From Candidatus Omnitrophota bacterium (GTDB lineage Bacteria > Omnitrophota > Gorgyraeia > Gygaellales > JBFMHM01), in NCBI GenBank assembly GCA_040753015.1, contig JBFMHM010000001.1:275157-339156 (forward strand): 64,000 nucleotides of DNA, given 5' to 3'. A model generated the notes under the pieces. The model was not told where the DNA came from. It saw only the letters and a list, made by a program, of their open reading frames with translations, and did no database searches. Below, in pieces: positions 59,591 through 64,000 of this stretch; the stretch's first letter is position 1, and every line of letters begins with the position of its first letter. The position numbers were made by a program, and so were the translations under genes.

Positions 59591-59692
59591 GAACATTAAA
59601 AACATAAAAATTATTTTTAAAACATTTTTCTTTTGCATCAAACACCTAAAAATTTGCTCTGTAAATTTTTTATCCCGAAGCATACGAGAAAA

Positions 59693-60220
59693 TTATCCTT
59701 TTTTAATATCACGGTTTGGATGAAAACCAATTATTTTCTTTTCTTTAACCGTCGACGGTTCAAACAAATTTCTAAGCGCATCAAAAACCATTTTAAAATG
59801 CGAGTCATATTTCTTTTCCATCGTTTCAATCTTACGCCTTAACGCTGTATAAGTCAACGCCATACGTTTGAAATTAACAAATGCGCGCATAATTTGTATA
59901 TTTGCCATTACCGCACGCCTACTGCGTAAAACGCTTGAAAGCATAGCCACGCCTTGCTCGGTAAATGCATAAGGCAAATAACCACCTAAAACCTGTAGCG
60001 ATGGTATCACATTTTGTGATACCATAATTTTAACTTCTGCATTTGTAATTCGAAACATAAAATCTTCGGGAAATCGCTCTCGATTCCTTTTTACTTGCTG
60101 CCTCAGCGCTATGGGCTTAACATCATAAAGAACCGCTAAATCTTTATCTAACATTACCCTTTTGCCTCTAATCTGAAAAATCTTATTCTCAATCTGCTCA
60201 ACTGATAACGATCTACTCAT
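59693..60220 (-). CDS. ORF6N domain protein, copy 2
   Basis: Differs from copy 1 by one P/S change and the last two residues. Confidence 0.93.
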   Translation of the reverse strand: MSRSLSVEQIENKIFQIRGKRVMLDKDLAVLYDVKPIALRQQVKRNRERFPEDFMFRITNAEVKIMVSQNVIPSLQVLGGYLPYAFTEQGVAMLSSVLRSRRAVMANIQIMRAFVNFKRMALTYTALRRKIETMEKKYDSHFKMVFDALRNLFEPSTVKEKKIIGFHPNRDIKKG

Positions 60221-60396
60221 TTCTTAACTCCATTTTCCGAAATAATTAACAGCACCAAAAAATAAAAACATAAAACCTAATCTAAAAATTTTATTTAATA
60301 AATCATCTAATTCTTTTTTATCCATTTTTGCGTTTTTGCGGTTGCAACACTTCTTTGCGCCTTTGCGGTTGCAATCTTTTGCATCAAACACCTCCA
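59697..60396. repeat. 700-bp direct repeat, copy 2
   Basis: See 57552-58251. Confidence 0.95.
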
Positions 60397-60426
60397 GTAT
60401 TTAAAAATTTACAATATAAAATTATT

Positions 60427-60756
60427 TTACAAATAAATGACCTTGCCTGTTCTCTTTATTTCAGAAAGAAAATCAAGTTTATTTTTCACATTGAATTCTT
60501 TTGATGTGTAACCTTTCGCTTCAATTGGCTTCATTATCCTTGCAGCTGCAATGCCAAGAACCTCAAGCCTTTCCCGTAAATTCATTTTTTTAAAATCATT
60601 CGATATAACAGCAACATCAATATCACTGTCTTTACGTTCTTTTCCTCTTACAAATGAACCATAAAGAATCACCTTTTCAATATTAATCCCTAATGTTTGC
60701 AACATCTCTTTATATTCACTTATATATTTTTTAATCTTATATCCTGCTTTAAACAT
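60427..60756 (-). CDS. Minimal nucleotidyltransferase (MNT)
   Basis: ILYGSFVRG..DSDIDVAVIS. Confidence 0.9.
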   Translation of the reverse strand: MFKAGYKIKKYISEYKEMLQTLGINIEKVILYGSFVRGKERKDSDIDVAVISNDFKKMNLRERLEVLGIAAARIMKPIEAKGYTSKEFNVKNKLDFLSEIKRTGKVIYL

Positions 60757-61115
60757 TTTATTATCTCCATGGTTTTATCTAGATATTTTTTAGTAATATT
60801 TTTTGGATAATTAGATACAAGCCTCGATAAATCTTCTGGATATCTTGTTACCACTCCAGCATTATTAATTATGCCAACAAAATCTAATAAATCCGCAGAT
60901 AACTTAATTTTTCCAAGATCCAATAAATAAATTAGGTCATGCGTTTTCGGAGGAAGTTTATTTATCGCTTCAGAAACAATTGCCTTAAGAACTTTTTCAA
61001 TTGCCAAATGACACATAAAAATAACATAAACATACCGCCCCGTCTTAAACATTTGTTTAGCGGTTGTTAGATCATATTCCACCATATTTAGCCAATTTTT
61101 AGTCTCTTTATTCAT
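60720..61115 (-). CDS. HEPN domain protein
   Basis: W...DL..A..FMCHLAIEKVLKA..PKTHDL..TRYP. Confidence 0.92.
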   Translation of the reverse strand: MNKETKNWLNMVEYDLTTAKQMFKTGRYVYVIFMCHLAIEKVLKAIVSEAINKLPPKTHDLIYLLDLGKIKLSADLLDFVGIINNAGVVTRYPEDLSRLVSNYPKNITKKYLDKTMEIIKCLKQDIRLKNI

Positions 61116-61266
61116 TTCGCGCTTTTATTTTTTATTTTTGCGCCTTTGCGGTTGCAATCTTTTGCATCAAACACCTCCAATTTAGAATTGTTATATTATG
61201 TGGACGAGACAACCTTGCTCCTACTTAAATTAATAAATACATAAATTTTTTATATTATACCATAGT

Positions 61267-62211
61267 TTATTTATCATTTAAAAAATTTTTAAACTCTATT
61301 GGTAAATCGCTCTTAAACTCCATTATTTCTTTTGTGCGGGGATGAGGGAATTTTATACTTTTGGCGTGTAAAAACATACGCGAAGATAGGGGCAAACTGC
61401 CGTTTGCCCCTACATTTTTACCGTATTTTGTATCACCTAAAATAGGATGGCCTATTGATGCAAGATGCACCCGTAATTGGTGGGTGCGGCCGGTTTGCGG
61501 AATAAGCTCTAAAAAAGACCAATTTTTTGTTCTTTTTAATGTTTTATAATACGTTAAAGCGTTTTTTTCATCACGTGATATACCTGTAGTCATTCTACGA
61601 AAATCCTTTGGGTGCTTGCCAATGCTTGAGTCAATTCGGCCTTCATCAAATTGAATCTCACCATAAACCACTGCAATATATTGGCGGCTAATTAAATGGC
61701 GGGAAAATTGTTTTACAAAAAAATAGTGTGCTTGATTATTCTTTGCAATAAGCATTAACCCTGATGTTTCTTGGTCAAGCCGATGCACAATTCCCGGCCG
61801 AGTTGGATCAACTGTTGAAAGCTGTTTTCCTAAAAATACAAGCCCATTAACAAGTGTATTATCCCAATTGCCCGGCGCAGGATGCACAACTAATCCTGCC
61901 TGTTTATTTATAACAATAAGGTCATCGTCTTCATAAACAATATCTAGAGGAATATTTTGAGGAATAATTCCAATTACGGGCGCATCACGATACACCCCTA
62001 CAATAATATCGCCGGGTTTTATTTTTTGATGTGGATTAGTTTTATTGCCATTTACAGTAATATCGCCAGATAAAATCAATTTTTTAATAATTTCGCGAGA
62101 GATAGTAATAGGCTGGCCAAACTCCAACTCTACAGATAATTTTTCATGCAAATAAACATCGATGCGTTTATCTTTATCTTGCTCGCCTACTATTAGATTG
62201 ATTTCTTGCAT
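61267..62211 (-). CDS. rluD: RluA-family pseudouridine synthase with S4 domain
   Basis: NKQAGLVVHP, PGIVHRLDQETSG, TGRTHQLRVH. Confidence 0.9.
   Translation of the reverse strand: MQEINLIVGEQDKDKRIDVYLHEKLSVELEFGQPITISREIIKKLILSGDITVNGNKTNPHQKIKPGDIIVGVYRDAPVIGIIPQNIPLDIVYEDDDLIVINKQAGLVVHPAPGNWDNTLVNGLVFLGKQLSTVDPTRPGIVHRLDQETSGLMLIAKNNQAHYFFVKQFSRHLISRQYIAVVYGEIQFDEGRIDSSIGKHPKDFRRMTTGISRDEKNALTYYKTLKRTKNWSFLELIPQTGRTHQLRVHLASIGHPILGDTKYGKNVGANGSLPLSSRMFLHAKSIKFPHPRTKEIMEFKSDLPIEFKNFLNDK
61387..61413. repeat. GTAG-type REP palindrome inside rluD
   Basis: taggggcaaac-tgcc-gtttgccccta (11-bp perfect arms). Confidence 0.88.
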
Positions 62212-62924
62212 TTGAATAAAAATATTCCCGCCATTATAAATACCCCTATTGATATTACCTGAAACAATGTCAGTCCGTGAAATACTACTGGATTATCTGC
62301 TCTAAAAAATTCGATAATAAAACGTCCTGCAGAATATAGCGTCAAATATGTATAAAAAACACAACCTAATGCAAGTTTTTTTGTTTGTAGGTATCTTAAA
62401 AATAAAAATAGAATTGTTAAATAGAATACAGAATATATCTGTGTGGGTATAGCCCAATAATTAAGATTTGGAAAAAAAATGCCATATTTTAAAGATGCCT
62501 TGCCATAGCAACACCCATTTAAAAAACATCCTATCCTCCCGATTGCTTGAGCTATAGCAACAAATGGCACAGAAAAATCAAAAATTTTCAATACGGAAAA
62601 TTTCTTTCTTCTTATCAACACAATAGCCGCTAAAATACCAGCAAATAAACCTCCGAAAAACGATAACCCTCCATGATTAAGCATAAATATTTCTAAAGGG
62701 CTGGCTAGATATTCTTTAAGGTGTTCTAAAACATAAAAAACTCTTGCTCCTAACACCCCGGAAATTATCACCCAAAAACCTATATCATAGATAAATTCTT
62801 TTGGGATATCAAATTTTGACGCTTGCTTCTCGGCAAAAAATACTGCCATAAAGAAACCGAGCGCCACCATCGCGCCGTAGGAATAAATTGTTATTGGACC
62901 AAAATTAAATAGTATTGGGTACAT
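62193..62924 (-). CDS. lgt: Prolipoprotein diacylglyceryl transferase
   Basis: GARVFYV, GGLSFFGG, IGRIGCFLNGCCYG, PTQIY, RFIIEFFR. Confidence 0.96.
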   Translation of the reverse strand: MYPILFNFGPITIYSYGAMVALGFFMAVFFAEKQASKFDIPKEFIYDIGFWVIISGVLGARVFYVLEHLKEYLASPLEIFMLNHGGLSFFGGLFAGILAAIVLIRRKKFSVLKIFDFSVPFVAIAQAIGRIGCFLNGCCYGKASLKYGIFFPNLNYWAIPTQIYSVFYLTILFLFLRYLQTKKLALGCVFYTYLTLYSAGRFIIEFFRADNPVVFHGLTLFQVISIGVFIMAGIFLFKCKKSI

Positions 62925-62930
62925 AATTTT

Positions 62931-63025
62931 AGTGTAAAATTCAAAGCGAAAAATGTAAAACTGAAGTGTAAAACTTTAAATTTTAAGCTTTAACTTTGCA
63001 CTTTTCGCTTTACGTTTTGCGCTTT
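62931..63025. repeat. Cargo-less inverted heptamer arrays between lspA and lgt
   Basis: gtgtaaaattcaaagcgaaaaatgtaaaa... facing ...ctttgcacttttcgctttacgttttgcgcttt. Confidence 0.75.
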
Positions 63026-63469
63026 AATTATCTGTAACATAAACCATGCTATTGATATAGTTATTGCGCTATCGGCAATATTAAAAACCGGCCAAATATG
63101 AAAATCTATGAAATCAATAACATAGCCAAAGCGAACCCTATCGACTAAATTACCTATTGTCCCGCCTAAAAATAATCCAAGCAAGATAGGATTTATATTT
63201 GTATCTTTTTTAATTAATATTAAATATATTATATAAAATATCACAAAAATAGCTGTGACTATAAAGATAAAGGTAAGATTATGCAATATACCAAACGCCG
63301 CGCCAGTATTTTTTACTAAACTAAAACTAAGGACATTAGGTATAATTGAAATTGATTTTTCTGAATAAAGAAATTTCCCGACGAGTAATTTCGTTAATTG
63401 ATCAACGAACAGAACACTAAAGCTAACTAAAGTTATGATTTTTCCTTTGCCTCTTGGCATTTCAAACAA
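62990..63469 (-). CDS. lspA: Signal peptidase II (start uncertain)
   Basis: DQLTK, NTGAAFG, GNLVDR, VIDFI, FNIADS. Confidence 0.96.
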   Translation of the reverse strand: MFEMPRGKGKIITLVSFSVLFVDQLTKLLVGKFLYSEKSISIIPNVLSFSLVKNTGAAFGILHNLTFIFIVTAIFVIFYIIYLILIKKDTNINPILLGLFLGGTIGNLVDRVRFGYVIDFIDFHIWPVFNIADSAITISIAWFMLQIIKAQNVKRKVQS

Positions 63470-63906
63470 AGCCTTGCGTAAGGAACTACTTTTAGCCTAA
63501 TTTTTGCTATCTGACCATGACATACCTCACATAGGCCAAATGTTTTTTCTTCAATACGTTTCAAAGCATCTTCGATTTCATAAAGCGCATCTTGCTCGCT
63601 TGATGCAAGGCTCAAAGAAAACTCCCTGTCATAAGTATCTGTAGCAGCATCTGCCATATGATAAGAATAACCAGATATATCGCCAGAAGCCTCCTTCTGA
63701 GATTTTCTTAAAGTCGTATCTGCAATATGCTTTATAGTGTCTAAAATTTCTTCTTTTCTTTTAATAATAAGCGATTTATAAAACTTAATATCTTTCTTGG
63801 TAAAACCCTTGACCTTATGCTGCGCTGTTTTTTTAATCGGATTTTTTAATATTTTTTTCTTAACTATTTTTGAATATTTTTTAATATTTTTTTTCGCCTT
63901 AACCAT
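63433..63906 (-). CDS. TraR/DksA family C4 zinc-finger protein
   Basis: HMADAATD, ALKRIE..FGLCEVC..RL..PYARLCLKC. Confidence 0.92.
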   Translation of the reverse strand: MVKAKKNIKKYSKIVKKKILKNPIKKTAQHKVKGFTKKDIKFYKSLIIKRKEEILDTIKHIADTTLRKSQKEASGDISGYSYHMADAATDTYDREFSLSLASSEQDALYEIEDALKRIEEKTFGLCEVCHGQIAKIRLKVVPYARLCLKCQEAKEKS

Positions 63907-63921
63907 TATTTCCTCCGTAAT

Positions 63922-64000
63922 CTATTTTATCGCTTCTATGCAACGAGCGCAAACTAAAGGATGCGTTGAATCACTGCCAGTGTTTAAGCTATAATTCCAA
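63922..64000 (-). CDS. ileS: Isoleucine--tRNA ligase, 3' end
   Basis: WNYS...HPLVCARC zinc-finger tail; ileS-lspA synteny. Confidence 0.8.
   Translation of the reverse strand, partial: WNYSLNTGSDSTHPLVCARCIEAIK

Noticed and set aside
55043-61115. Prophage
   Set aside because: ORF6N and a fibre-like gene are present, but no integrase, terminase, capsid or replication genes.
57481-61179. CRISPR array or classical integron
   Set aside because: Repeats are 0.75-1.4 kb apart with whole genes between them; no cas, intI or attC-like (RYYYAAC...GTTRRRY) structure was recognised.

Overview
An AT-rich bacterial chromosome segment, almost entirely on the minus strand. Gene content and repeat style suggest Omnitrophota/PVC, which is an inference. 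The backbone runs ileS(3')-dksA-like-lspA-lgt-rluD, aroA-hrcA-grpE-dnaK-dnaJ with a CIRCE operator, accD, ROK-lptD, four nucleotide-sugar genes (one with a LAGLIDADG intein at the catalytic Cys), a secretin/ExeA module, pgk-tpiA-secG, a TpsB/TpsA pair, an Opp-type ABC transporter, acyl-CoA dehydrogenase-etfBA, smc, recA and alaS(5'). The most unusual signal lies between and inside the genes. (i) Small genes (four-helix-bundle, GxxExxY) sit in core operons between imperfect inverted arms built from 8-9-mer repeats; arm pairs with no cargo and single 7-8-mer arms inside CDSs also occur. (ii) At 57.5-61.2 kb, an integrase-free cassette array repeats the RBS+ATG of the downstream gene five times and carries HEPN/MNT, ORF6N and DUF1016 cargo plus degenerate echoes of neighbouring gene ends; one unit is a GxxExxY shell whose interior is replaced by ORF6N. 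(iii) A 1.6-kb PIN/IS30 insert is bounded by a perfect 40-bp duplication that includes the pgk RBS. (iv) GTAG-REP and other palindromes are inserted in frame in aroA, rluD and etfA. No tRNA, rRNA, CRISPR array, integrase or reverse transcriptase was seen. All domain calls come from motif recognition by eye.
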